In this document: piece after piece, positions 12,162 to 23,837 of the stretch | How the letters are laid out: every line of letters starts with the position of its first letter | Position numbering within the stretch: the stretch's first letter is position 1 | Assembly (NCBI RefSeq): GCF_006345805.1 | Contig: NC_043014.1 | Span: 24,738,001-24,802,000, forward strand | Source: Octopus sinensis | Taxonomy: Eukaryota | Length of the DNA stretch: 64,000 bases | Reading direction: 5' to 3' | Notes under the pieces: generated by a model | Told to the model about the DNA's origin: nothing | Seen by the model: only the letters and a program-made list of their open reading frames with translations | Database searches by the model: none | Translations under genes and position numbers: made by a program

Positions 12162-12668
12162 CCTTCTATATAATAAATTAATTTTACTCTGCTATGTATT
12201 GAGTACCTTACTTACTGTGGTTAACCCCGGATCAACCCGGGACCTACATATATATATATATATATATATAAATAAATTCAGGGTGAGTACTTGTGCATGC
12301 GTGTAAGTGCGAGTGTGCCTATATAAACGCATGTGCGTGTATGTATATACGTACGTATGCGCGTCGGTTCGTGTACCCAACTACATGCGCCTTTTTCCGT
12401 ATATATCTGTATATGTTTACACGAGAGTACGTATGTATGCTTGTATGCGTGTGGTTGTGTATGCGTGCGTATATGTACGCGTGTATGTGTGTGTATGTAT
12501 CCATGCGTGTACGTATGTACATGTTGACCACTAGACACGTAACGAGGAACTAGATAAGCGGTTTAACCAGACAACTCTAATTTACAATACACTAGGTCCC
12601 CAAACGCCCCAGTTGATTTATGACACCCACGGCTTCTACAACCAGAATATATCATTTTCCTGACCACC

Positions 12669-13756
12669 ATGTTGGTAAAATTTGATACCAGGGATAAATA
12701 TATTATGGACACATTAAAAAAGCACCACACCGTGGAGCTGTTGCAACAGCCTGAAGGCACGGAAGAGAGATGTGCCTGGATAACAGAAAAACTGTATAAT
12801 GAAATGAAGGGTAGGCATTCGAGGACCATCATGAACATCCCGGACCTTCCGTGGTATTTGAAAGAGCAGGAGGAAAGGACTGCCTCACATGTGGTGAGGT
12901 CAGCCCCAGCATCACCAATAAAAGAAAAAGTCAAAGAGTAAGTAGAACCCTTGCTTTTCTTTTGTTTTAAATGACTGCACTTAACCTTGGGTGTTTGAAT
13001 GTGCGTGGTCTGAGCTCGAAGTGGAAGCAAGCTTGTTTCCTCGACGACTTCAGATCACACGATATGCATGTGATGGTTGCTACAGAGACCAAGCTGGACA
13101 GTCTACAAGCCCTCTCGCCCCTCCTGAATGACTATGAGAAAATCATGTCTCCTAGCCGGACCGGAGGTCGAGGGGGTGCAGTAGTACTGGTTCAAAAAGT
13201 CTTGGCTCTGCAGACAAGTACAGTCCATGTAGACCCAGAAGGTGGGCTGGTCGTCCTTGATGTGACATACAGCAGTAAGGCCTTCAGGTTGATCGGGATC
13301 TATGCACCTTGTGCTAGAGGATTTCAAACTGATTTTTATCGGTGCCTAGAGAACTTTCTCATGGCGTCGAAGACATTAGTGGTGTTAGGTGACTATAATG
13401 GTATTGTTGATGCACGCATCGATAGCGTAGGCTCAATCTATAGGAAAGTAAACTCACGTCTCGTTGATCTGCTCATGCGGTTTCAGCTAGCAGATTGTTA
13501 CAGACTTGACCATCCAAACGTCTCGGAGTGGACCCAGATGAGTGGTGACAGAAGGTTCAAGTCCTATTTAGATAGTACAGTTAAGAGAGGATCCGGCTAC
13601 TGGAAACTGAACAAGTCTATTTTGACTTACGAGGCATACCGTAGCCGGATTGAGGAATTAGTAGACAGGGCATTAACCAGTGTGGTAGTTAATAACCGAT
13701 GGTGGTTCACCCTGAAGAGAGCCATTCATTTTCTGGTTTTGAGCATAGACAAATAA
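12669..13756 (+). pseudogene. Tx1/L1-like LINE: ORF1 C-terminus plus APE endonuclease part of ORF2
   Basis: ORF 12971-13756 with LNVRGL, TETK, GIYAP, LGDYN, GYWKLN motifs of the L1/Tx1 endonuclease. Confidence 0.88.
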
Positions 13757-13789
13757 GTCTTGCAAACAACCTCCCTGGAGCAACCAACA

Positions 13790-14780
13790 AAGTTGACCAT
13801 GAGAAAATCAACCAGTAGATTTCAAAGACTGACCTTGAATTTTATTAATAGATATTGCAAAGCAAAGTCGCACTGGGAATTGTGTTTGCTTGAACTCAAA
13901 TGGCATGTCTGTTGGTTTGATTGGAATTCTTGGAATGAAAACTTCTTCCCCAGAGGCACATCCAATGATGATGGTAGCTTCTGTCACATTAGGTGATAAT
14001 GTTTTTACAATCAACCTTGTCCCATTGCATAATTTAGGAAGGTCTAAATTTCTTAGAATCATTATTGGAACTCCTACCTACAAAAAAGTTTATGTGGAGG
14101 AATTCCAGATGGTTCAAGAGAATTAAGAAACTTGATTTTCATGAAGGACTGAATCAACTGATTTGTACTTCTTAGTGATTGTTGGAATCTTATTCATTAA
14201 TTCATGGTTAATTCTTGCTACTGTCTCATTTTTTGGAGTAAAAAATGCCCTGTCACACAACCATTTATGTGAATTATGATTATTACTTAAGTCCAGCAAT
14301 ACCCTGTTCTTCATTTCAGCTGGAAAATTCATCATAATAGCAATATGAGCCAAACTGATATCACCATTCCCATCAAATGATACTTTTGCATTCCCTAATT
14401 GGAGGAGCCAAGTTGAAAACTGTTTTGCACATTGGTCCCCATGTAATAAAGCGCGCACGTTAGTATTGAAGGAGAATTTCAGCACTTTATTCCATAGGTG
14501 TGAAGACTTAATGCATGGTAATGTCTGTCTGAAGTCTCCTAATAAAACTAATGTAACTCCTCCCATAAATTTATTGTTGCCTCTGATGTCCTGTAAGGTC
14601 TTACCAAGAGCTTCCATTGCACCTCATTGTGACATGGTGCATTCATCCCAAATAAGAAGGTGGCATTGGCACAACTCTTCTGCTGAACCTTAATCTTTAC
14701 TTATATTACAAATTAAACTGTCATTTGTGACCAGGTTTAGTGGTAATTTAAAAGGAGAATGAACTGTTCATCCTCCTGGG
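13790..14780 (-). pseudogene. Helitron PIF1-family helicase fragment
   Basis: LLGDFRQTLP, LCNGTRLIV, VFIPRIP, QFPVRLCFAISINKIQGQSL; frameshifted. Confidence 0.9.
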
Positions 14781-14814
14781 AGAATGGTGGCAGCAAAGCC
14801 AGATAATACTCTTT

Positions 14815-15120
14815 ACTCTCTTTTTTACTCTTTCACTTGACAGTGGCCATGCCTTTAGTCGAGCAAATCGACCCCTGGACTTATTCTTTGTAAGCTTAGT
14901 ACTTATTCTATCGGTCTCTTTTGCTGAACCACTAAGTTATGAGGATGTAAACACACCAGCATCGGTTGTCAAGCAATGTTGGGGGGACAAACACAATTTC
15001 CATCTACCAAATCCACTCACAAGGCTTTAGTTGGCCAAGGCTATAGTAGAAGACACTTGCCCAAGGTGCCACGCAGTGGGACTGAACCCAGAACCATGTG
15101 GTGGGTAAGCAAGCTACTTT
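14815..15120 (-). mobile_element. tRNA-derived SINE, second family
   Basis: Reverse complement of the family at 18840 (GGGTTCAGTCCCACTGCGTGGCACCTTGGGCAAG). Confidence 0.8.
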
Positions 15121-15199
15121 ATTTCATAAATATTTGCCATGAAGGCATTACAAAGAGGGGATGAACAGGAACAGACAAACATAAAAGGGTGAAGTAGCT

Positions 15200-17330
15200 G
15201 TAGCGATTAAATATTTACAATTTAAAAATATAATTATTTAATAAATATGTTTATAACTTTTGACTTAAGCGTTGCTCATTACTAATGAAATTTGTAATGG
15301 CTTCTCTGAAGGATAGACATCCAACCACCAGGGAGACCCCTTGCTTTTTCTTTCCTGTTTTTGGCTTCCACTTACCTGGTGCCAAACACTGCCAGCTTCC
15401 TCACCACAGGCTTCTATCTTCTCATGAATCTGTGTTATGTCAGGTACTTTTTCTGCAGCCTGATCTTATTACTGAGGTGGTAACGAAAAAAGTTAACCAA
15501 CTCCTGACCAGATACAAAGGTACCCGACGCTATGCCTCTCACACGCGTCTTCCATACCGTTTCTTTCAGTATGGCTACTACGCAGAAAAAGCAAGCCTTC
15601 CTTTCCCTGTTAAAGGTAGGAGGCGACACAATCTTGATGATAGATTCAGCTAATAGCAGTACTCTTCCCATCGATGACAACAGTTGCTCTGCGAAAACTA
15701 TCAGTCTCATTAATTCCGGACACTCCACAAATGCATGCAAAATGGTTTCCCTGTCCTGCCCGCACCTCGGACATGTTGGCAAGACAGCACTTCCGTGCCT
15801 TGACAGTTTATCACAAACAGATAGCACCACACGAAAGCACTGCCAAGCCAGAGATTTCTGGTAATTGTCCAGATACCCCGGCCCGAAAGTTCTCCGGAAC
15901 AGGTTGATTAACTGATTTTCATCATAGCCCAGGGTCTCCCCCAAGGCGTCTTCAGACTTAACCTCCACTAACCCACTATAGAAATCCGCGGTGGAACTCT
16001 TGTTGCCGGCATTGCCCGCCTGAGAGAGTAGCTGAAGTGCCTGGCGGCACTCCAATTGCCAGTTCCCCAGACTAGGTCTCTGCTTGATCCAAGTACCAAT
16101 GTCCGTTAAGGACGTTAACTGAGGAAGGTAGAACCGAACGTGCAGTGACCGCACCTGTTCTCCATCCAGGTAAAGCCAGAGGTGCCTCAACCTTAATGCG
16201 AATTTTCACATCCTCAGCCAAGGCATCCCTAGCCCACCCTTTAGCGGTTTCTGGCAGCAGACAGAGCACTTCACGAGTGGCTTTCCTCCCTTCCACAAAA
16301 AGCGGAAAAGGATTCTCTCCAACTTGTTCAGCCACAAATCGGGGTAAGGCACCACAGTCAGACGGTTGATTGATAACCGATGCTATAAACGTCTGCACCA
16401 CCTCCACCTTTCCTAGCAAAGATAACGCCCGCCCAGACCAGATCTGCGTAAGAGCAGTCACCTTGCTGGCCACCTCGGAGGTCTGGCCCAAACCAGACTC
16501 TGAGCAGCTTAACAGGACCTTCCGTCCAACACCCCACTACGTTATTGGATGGCATTGGCTTGCCCCTCTAGATGCCGAGCTGCAAACCAATTGACTTGTC
16601 CTTGTTAACTTTTGCTCCTGCCACCACCTCGTAACTTTTGATTGCCTCTTCCACCATTGGAAGCTGGCCCTCATCCGCCACAATGATGGAGATGTCATTC
16701 GCATATGCCATAGCTCCTCTTCCACATCATAGATCATGCGGTGCACCCCCTAGTGCCTCCAACTTCTGTAATGATGGCTCGAGAGCCAGTACATACAAAA
16801 GTGGGGACAGGGGACACCCCTGACACACTGAGCGCTCGATCCTGAATGGCTTCGAAAGGAAACCATTCACTTTTATGATGGACTCGATGTCACTGTACTA
16901 CACAGCAATCTAACCGCGGAAGGTCGGGCCCAGGCCAGCCTTCACAAGGACTGCCGCCAAGTACCGGATGGTTGACCCTATCAAATGCCTTAGACTGGTC
17001 TAAATGTATGAGTGCCCCCCCTCCTCTGCGCCAGAAAGCTTCCCCACCCTCTCTAAGGAGTAGTGTATAAGGTGGAAATTGTCGTGGATCATCCTGCCCG
17101 GGATAGCACATGTTTGCGCTTCCCCGACAAGTTTGTCCACGACCCGCACCAACCTTTTCGCTAGCACCTTGGCCAAAATTTTTAACTCTGTGTTCAGCAG
17201 AGTTATGGGCCTGAAGTTCCCTATCTCATACCCCTTGCTCGGGTCTTTCCTGATCAATGTCACCCCCCCCCCAGCTCACAGACTTGGGAATTCTCCCATT
17301 CTGCTGCCAATTGGTGTAGACACTGGCCAG
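15200..17330 (-). pseudogene. Tx1/L1-like LINE reverse transcriptase and C-terminal CCHC (zf-RVT) region
   Basis: NFRPITLLNTELKILAKVLAKRL, degenerate KAFDRV, QGCPLSP, AYANDI, and TCPRCGQDRETILHAFVEC; many frameshifts. Confidence 0.9.
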
Positions 17331-17999
17331 TAGAGTGAAACAAAAACATTTCCCTATTTTATGTCATATACTTTCACTTTAACAATAAAAATTAGAAATA
17401 ATAATAACAATTGAATTATATGTAGTAAGTAATAATTAAAATCAAACTAAAGTATAATATAATCGTAACATAACAAAAGTAAAAATAGCAATTGGTGTAA
17501 AATTGCATCAATGACTTGAACTTGAATAAGTGGTTTCACATGAATGGGAATAAATTAAAAATAAAATTAGCATGCAGAAATGGAATAGTCCAGATGGAGC
17601 TGTGAACATACCATTTACCACGGCTTTTACATTAGATTATCTGCTAATTAGCTAGCATTAAGTATCTATATGAAGTTTGGCTGTATGTAATGTCTGTTTT
17701 CTCGAACAGCCGCTTCTACTGAGTACTGCTGTTGGTTTATTTCTTATACATAAAGGACTATAGCTTCAATTGCGTACTGCTTTTTGATTCACCGTAAGGT
17801 TTGTTGTTATTATTATTACTGTTTAACTATTGTTATCATGTTTGTTGGTTCCTTGTAAGGGAAATGTTGTTGTGTTGCATTTGTTAAATAATTGTAAACT
17901 GTAACCCTCCCCCTTTGGGAGAAGGAGCTTTGGTTATTGTTTAAAAATTGAATTGTGTCCCTGTTTGGGGAAATTGACAATATTTTCACCGTTTACACG

Positions 18000-18540
18000 G
18001 AAGCATTTTTGTTAGAATGCCTTCGATAGAAGAAAGTCCAAAAATGAATTTCGCTGCAGCCGTTGGCGGGCGCGAACTCATTCAAATTAAAATAGAAGAA
18101 ATACAAACCTATTTCGGATTGATCACCAACAAAGACAGTGAATCTATGATAACACCACCAAACGAAATAAATTAAATTAAAGAAAAGACTATTGTCTATA
18201 AAGTATACAATGTAGAGAAAAAAATTATTTGAACACCTGGAGGAAAGCACCATCGAAAAGTGTCTTGGTGCAACTATGAAAGATATCTAACCAGAGGTGG
18301 TAAATTCACCACAATAGAAGCAAGGTTCGAGTCAATGGAGCGTGCACGGGAGTACTCAACTCGAACATTGCAAAGTGGAAATATTTTATTTTTACATCTG
18401 GAACGTAGGACATCCCGGATAAAAATTAAAAATGTCCCCCCAGAAGTAGAGGTGGCTGGATTGTAGCCACACTTCTATACAAGAGGGAGGACAAGATTGA
18501 ATTGATCGAAATTGAAAGAGATGGGCCTACAATTCCAGTC
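18000..18540 (+). pseudogene. Probable LINE ORF1 (gag-like) 5' fragment
   Basis: Disrupted frame ...FTTIEARFESMERAREYS...RIKIKNVPPEV resembles L1/Tx1 ORF1 RRM-like regions. Confidence 0.45.
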
Positions 18541-18677
18541 TGTTATATATTTTGAGTATTGTTATCACTAGCGATATCAAGATATAACTTTGTATTTTGT
18601 ATTTTATGTGTAGATGTATATATATATATAGATGTACATGTAATATGTACACATATATATACACATATATACATGCA

Positions 18678-18716
18678 CTAGCACTATGACCCGGCAACGA
18701 CGGGTCATAATGCTAG
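18678..18716. mobile_element. Minimal Helitron-terminus-like hairpin
   Basis: CTAGCACTATGACCCG-GCAACGA-CGGGTCATAATGCTAG: 16-bp stem with 1 mismatch, CTAG at both ends, between TA repeats. Confidence 0.55.
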
Positions 18717-18839
18717 TATATATATATATAAAACTTAATTGGAAAAGGACGCATGGCATTCAGTCATATAATAATATAAATAATATATAAATATATGCAT
18801 ATATACATACATATATGTACACACCTACATACATATGTA

Positions 18840-19205
18840 TGGCTGTGTGGTAAGTAGCTTGCTAACCAACCACACGGTTGCGGGTTCAGTCCCACTGCGT
18901 GGCATCTTGGGCAAGTGTCTTCTGCTATAGCCCCGGGCCGACCAATGCCTTGTGAGTGGATTTGGTAGACGGAAACTGAAAGAAGCCTGTCGTATATATG
19001 TATATATATGTATATGTGTGTGTGTTTGTGTGTCTGTGTTTGTCCCCCTAGCATTGCTTGACAACCGATGCTGGTGTGTTTACGTCCCCGTCACTTAGCG
19101 GTTCGGCAAAAAGAGACCGATAGAATAAGTACTAAAAGGTGGTGGTACAGCATGGCCGCAGTCAAATGACTGAAACAAGTAAAAGAGTAAAAGAGTAAAG
19201 AGTAA
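18840..19205 (+). mobile_element. tRNA-derived SINE
   Basis: GGCTGTGTGGTAAG head, GGGTTCAGTCCC B-box, (AAAAGAGT)n tail. Confidence 0.85.
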
Positions 19206-19350
19206 AGAGCATATATGGGTACAAGACATCAAAAAAATGTTGAACACAATGAGAAACGAAAACATAAAAACAAAAACATAGAAATGAACTTGTTTTTTTG
19301 GAACCACAAAAAACAAACAGAGAAACGAGACATGCAACATAAAGAATATT

Positions 19351-19411
19351 CCCCTTCTTCAGTTGTCCCTATTTCATCTACTCTGCATTTTGAAGGCAAG
19401 GACAATACGCG
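19351..19411 (-). ncRNA. Non-circularly permuted hammerhead-like motif (family 1, decayed copy)
   Basis: CGC-GTA^-TTGTCC-TTG-CCTTC-aAAAt-GCA-linker-GGACAA-CTGAAGA-AGGGG; GAAAC hit by two CpG-type transitions. Confidence 0.55.
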
Positions 19412-19509
19412 ACTTTGTTGAAACAGTCCTTCCTGTAAAGTAGATTAAATAAAATTTGGGATTTTTTGCAGAGGGTGAAAGCGGAATATATATATAAGGT
19501 TCCTCACAG

Positions 19510-22500
19510 GCAAAGAACACAGGTACAAGGTTTTCTGGGCATTGACGAGGTAAGGGGCGTGGGTATACTTCTTGCGGAGAAATGGGTGGATAAGGTAATT
19601 GAGGTAGTCAGAGTATGCGACAGAATACTTAAGATTAGATTAGTGCTCCATCATGGGTTAGCAACCATTATCTCAGCCTATGCCTCTCAGCTGGGGCTAC
19701 CTGATGGACAGAAAGACCGATTCTATGACACCCTCTTGCAGACTACTGCATTGACGAATGACAGGGACCTTCTCATTGTGGCTGGTGACTTCAATGGACA
19801 TGTTGGACAACATACAGGGGGCTTCCACAGCATACATGGAGTCTACCGTTTTGGCTCTCGCAATGAGGAGGGAACCAGGCTGCTGGTGTTCTGTGATGCA
19901 AATGATCTTATGGTCTGCAATACTAACTTCAGAAAACCTGCCAGTCACCAAGTCACCTACCGCTATGGCAGACACACTAGTCAAATTGACTACATCCTCA
20001 CCAGAGAAAGGGAAAGATAGCTGCTTATAAATGCCAAAACCTTCTCAGATGAAGAATGTACCCCACAAGATAGACTTGTAGTTAGTGACTTCAGGATCAG
20101 GGCTAAGTGGATAACCGGAAGACGACCAGCATCGAGGAGAAGGGTCTGGAAGCTTAAAGATCCTGCAAATGGACAGAGGTTTAGAGACATATTACTCAAA
20201 GCCTTTGACGAAATAGAAGGGGATATTGCTTCACACGATGTAGAAGAGAACTGGAGGTTTCTATGGGACAACCTGCTAAGGGCCACGGACCAGATCTGTG
20301 GATGGTGCAAAGTCTCCTCTCAACTCAAAATACCATGGTGGTGGAACAATGTTGTTGACAGGGCTGTCAGAGAAAAGAAACAGGCATGGAAGGACTGGAA
20401 GAACGGTGGTAGCAGGGAATTGTATCAGACTGCCTGAAGGGAAGCTAGGAGGCAGGTTTATTTAGCCAGAGGGGAAGCAGATAAGAAAAATATTGCCAAT
20501 GTTCTGCGCCGTGAGGATCAAAGACTTGAGGTATTTCGTGTTGCAAGACAGTGTGTGAGAGAATCGTGATGTCGTAGGAGAGAAATGTGTTCGCATGGAT
20601 GCAAAGAGAGAGGTTTGGAGACGCCACTATGAAAGGATGCTGAATAAAGAAAATGAATGGGAGAAAGAAAGTCTGCCGAATGTCGACCCAACAGCGGGAC
20701 CAGCCATCCGAGTTGACAGTTCCTTGATAGATAAAGCAATTTAGAGTGTAACAAGGATGGTCTCTGGAACACTTGAGGGGTGCCGGTCATATCCTGTTAC
20801 ATTTAATTATTTGTCGAAAGAAAAAAACCAAACCTCGACTATCTCCAATAGTAATAAATAATATTTTTATTTTGTCTGGATTCTCAAATAATATATATAG
20901 ATATATCTTCTTCAGGGCAAACCGGTAGCCAAGGCCATGAAACTAGTCACATTAGTTAACTTGTGTAAGCCAAATGCTGTCTTGTCTTGCATAGAAAGGG
21001 CTTCTCTATGTGTTGGTTTTGCTTGAGAGAACCTTGAGTTGTGTCCATTCGATTCAGCTGCAGCTTCGAAAAGACAGATCCAGCGGGAAATCTTTCTGTT
21101 GGTAGTTCTCTGCGCATGCGTATGAAGGTATTTCCGGCGGCCTACCAGAAGTGATCCAGCTCTGTGCATGTGCGCTGAAGACTCCCATAATGGCGTCATT
21201 ACAAGAGTATAAAGACAGGGAAAGCCCCTTGGCCCATCAGGAATCACTGCTGAGACGCTCAAAATATCTGGCAGTGTCGGCTATAGCCTAGTCACCCGCA
21301 TAGTTAACCAGGTGATAAACGAAGGAGTCATACCCAATGACTGGTGTAGCAGCACTATAGTCAACTGCTACAAAGGTAAAGGTGACACTTTAGATACAAA
21401 TAATTACAGAGGTATCAAGTTGTTGGATCAGGTAATGAAGGTCACGGAGAGGGTCATAGCCCAACTAATTAGGGAGAGAGTCAGTTTGGGTTCGTGTCAG
21501 GGAATAGCACCACTGATGCTATATTTCTGGTAAGACAGCTGCAGGAGAAATATCTAGCCAAAGATAAACCTCTGCACCTGGATTTTGTTGACATGGAGAA
21601 AGCCTTTGACAGGGTCCCCTGATTCCTTATCTGGTGGTCAATGAGGAAACTAGGGATAGATGAATGGTTAGTGAGAGCTGTGCAAGCCATGTACAGGGAC
21701 GATGTCAGTAAGGTGAGGGTTGGCAACGAGTACACTGAAGAATTCCGGGTAGAGGTAGGGGTCCACCAAGGTTCAGACCTTAGCCCCCTCCTATTTATAT
21801 TAGTCCTCCAGGCAATAAGGGAGGAATTCAAAACAGGATGCCCCTGGAAACTCCTCTATGCTGATGACCTTGCTGTAATTGCTAAGTCACTATTAGAACT
21901 AGAGGAGAAGTTTCAGGTGTGGAAACAAGGATTAGAATCGAACGGCCTTAGAGTCAACCTAGCTAAAACCAAAGTCCTAATAAGTAGGAAGGCAGGCAAA
22001 CCACAAATCCATTCAGGTAGATGGCCCTGCTTGATCTGTGTAAGCTATGGACACATAAGAGGTGCAGCAATATCAAAGGAAGGCTAACTGGGAAAATAGT
22101 TTTTGTATTTGCCAGATGCTCAGGAGCAATAAACACTGAAAATGTGCAGAGAACAACTTCCACCACATTCCAGGGAGAAAAACTATAAGTAGTTGATAGC
22201 TTCTGTTATCTTGGTGACCAAGTCAGTAGCGGAGAAGGGTGTGCTGAAAGTGTAGCTGCAAGAAGAAGAATAGCGTGGGCAAAGTTCAGAGAGCTCTTAC
22301 CTCTGCTGGTGACAAAGGGCCTCTCACTCAGAGTAAAAGGTAGACTGTATGACGCATGTGTACGAACAGCCATGCTACATGGCAGTGAAACATGGGCTGT
22401 GACTGCTGAGGACATGTGTAAACTCGCAAGGAATGAAGCCAGTATGATCCAATGGATGTGTAATGTCAGTGTGCATACTCGACAGAGTGTAAGCACTAAG

Positions 22501-22925
22501 AGCACCATCCGAGAGTGATCGTTGCCAGAGCGGCTAACTGGCTTCCATGCCGGTGGCACATATAAAGCACCATTTGAGCATGATCATTACCTTCATCGCC
22601 TTACTGGCACTTGTGCCGGTGGTACGTGAAAAAACATTTGAGTGAGGTCATTGCCAGTGGCGCTGGATGGCTCCTGTGCAGGTGGCATGTAAAAAACACC
22701 ATTTGAGCATGACCGCTGCCAGTACCGTCTGACTGGCCCTCATGCTGGTGGCACGTAAAAGCAGCCGCTACACTATTGGAATGGTTGGCATTAGGAAGGG
22801 CATCCAGCAGTAGAAACTCTGCCAGATCAATACTGGAGCCTGGTGCAGCCATCTGGTTCATTAGTCCTCAGTTAAATCGTTCAATCCATGGAAAGCAGAC
22901 GTTAAACGATGATGATGATGGTGAT
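19510..22925 (+). mobile_element. RTE LINE (EN+RT, frameshifted), interrupted by a solo LTR
   Basis: EN motifs GDFNGHVG, SQIDYIL; RT motifs KAFDRV, HQGSDLSPLLF, LYADDL; 3' tail ending (GAT)n. Confidence 0.92.
20747..21203. mobile_element. Solo LTR (457 bp)
   Basis: TGTAAC...ATTACA termini, 4-bp TSD AGAG (20743-46 and 21204-07); RTE sequence continuous across the insert. Confidence 0.8.
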
Positions 22926-23201
22926 GATGATATATGTATATATATAAATAAGAAAATGGAGAGACAAATTCATTTCGATCATCAACTTACGGATATTACA
23001 ATTTCACATTATTTATTAATTATACAAATGGGAACCCATTTTCTTATTTGTATTATGAATTTACGGTAAAAATATTTTTAACCTTCACCCATTCAATACA
23101 ATAAATTGCAATTAAAAGCATTTATGTATTTAGTATTTGGGTACTTTACCAGCAGTATATTGGATAACTGATATCCCATAGTGGGTTACTTTCATAACCC
23201 C

Positions 23202-23721
23202 TGTAATGGAACTGGTTAATTCTTTACACTGTTTGGGTGCAACCAATTTCCTTTCTTTATTTTCCAGAATCTACCAGTCAGGAACAAGAACGCAGCCTTA
23301 AAAATATATATACTCTTTATTTCTTATTTACAAAAGAAGTACGTTGGTATATTGGTATCCACTTGGTTCGATATAGCAAGGCTGAACTTTAACATATGTA
23401 AGATTCTTACAACAAATTCAGCAGCAACAGAGCAGGTCAAATTCTAAGCGTCTGGGACAGGAGAATGGCTGATCACATGTTTAACACGTCCTTTCGCTTC
23501 AATAGCCGCGTCTCAAGTCTAAACAAGGAACGCGATAGAATTTTCTTCCCCAGTTTCTTGCGCATGTGCATAAGGGAACTTCCTTAGGCCTTTCCAGAAG
23601 GTTCCAGCCCCGCACACGCACACTGAAGAATGATGTTCCGCACACTGAAGAATGACGTTCCGCACACGCACACTGAAGAATGACGTTGCGTGTGCGCACA
23701 CTGGAAAATGACGTCACTACA
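23202..23721. mobile_element. Solo LTR (520 bp), related to the 20747 copy
   Basis: TGTAAT...ACTACA termini, TSD CCCC, empty-site sequence (AACCCCTATCT) present near 250-260, shared end AATG(G/A)CGTCA(T/C)TACA; internal ~22-27-bp tandem repeat. Confidence 0.8.
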
Positions 23722-23800
23722 CCCCTATCTTACTTTGTACTGTGTATATATATACATATATATGTAGGCATGTACATATATATATGCATATGTATATATG

Positions 23801-23837
<37 letters not shown>

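Larger units (their letters stand above)
8565..12676. repeat. ~405-bp inverted repeat (8565-8970 vs 12273-12676) enclosing a second inverted repeat (~10043-10300 vs ~11380-11634)
   Basis: Reverse-complement identity; mirrored ORFs 8688-8936- vs 12293-12553+. Confidence 0.9.

Noticed and set aside
20900-20952. CTGAAGA (minus) and GAAACTAGTC (plus) inside the solo LTR
   Set aside because: The two half-cores are on opposite strands; no consistent fold
23610-23715. Repeated CACACTGAAGAATGACGTT units (CRISPR-like or HHR-like at a glance)
   Set aside because: Simple tandem repeat in an LTR; no unique spacers, no GAAA or stems
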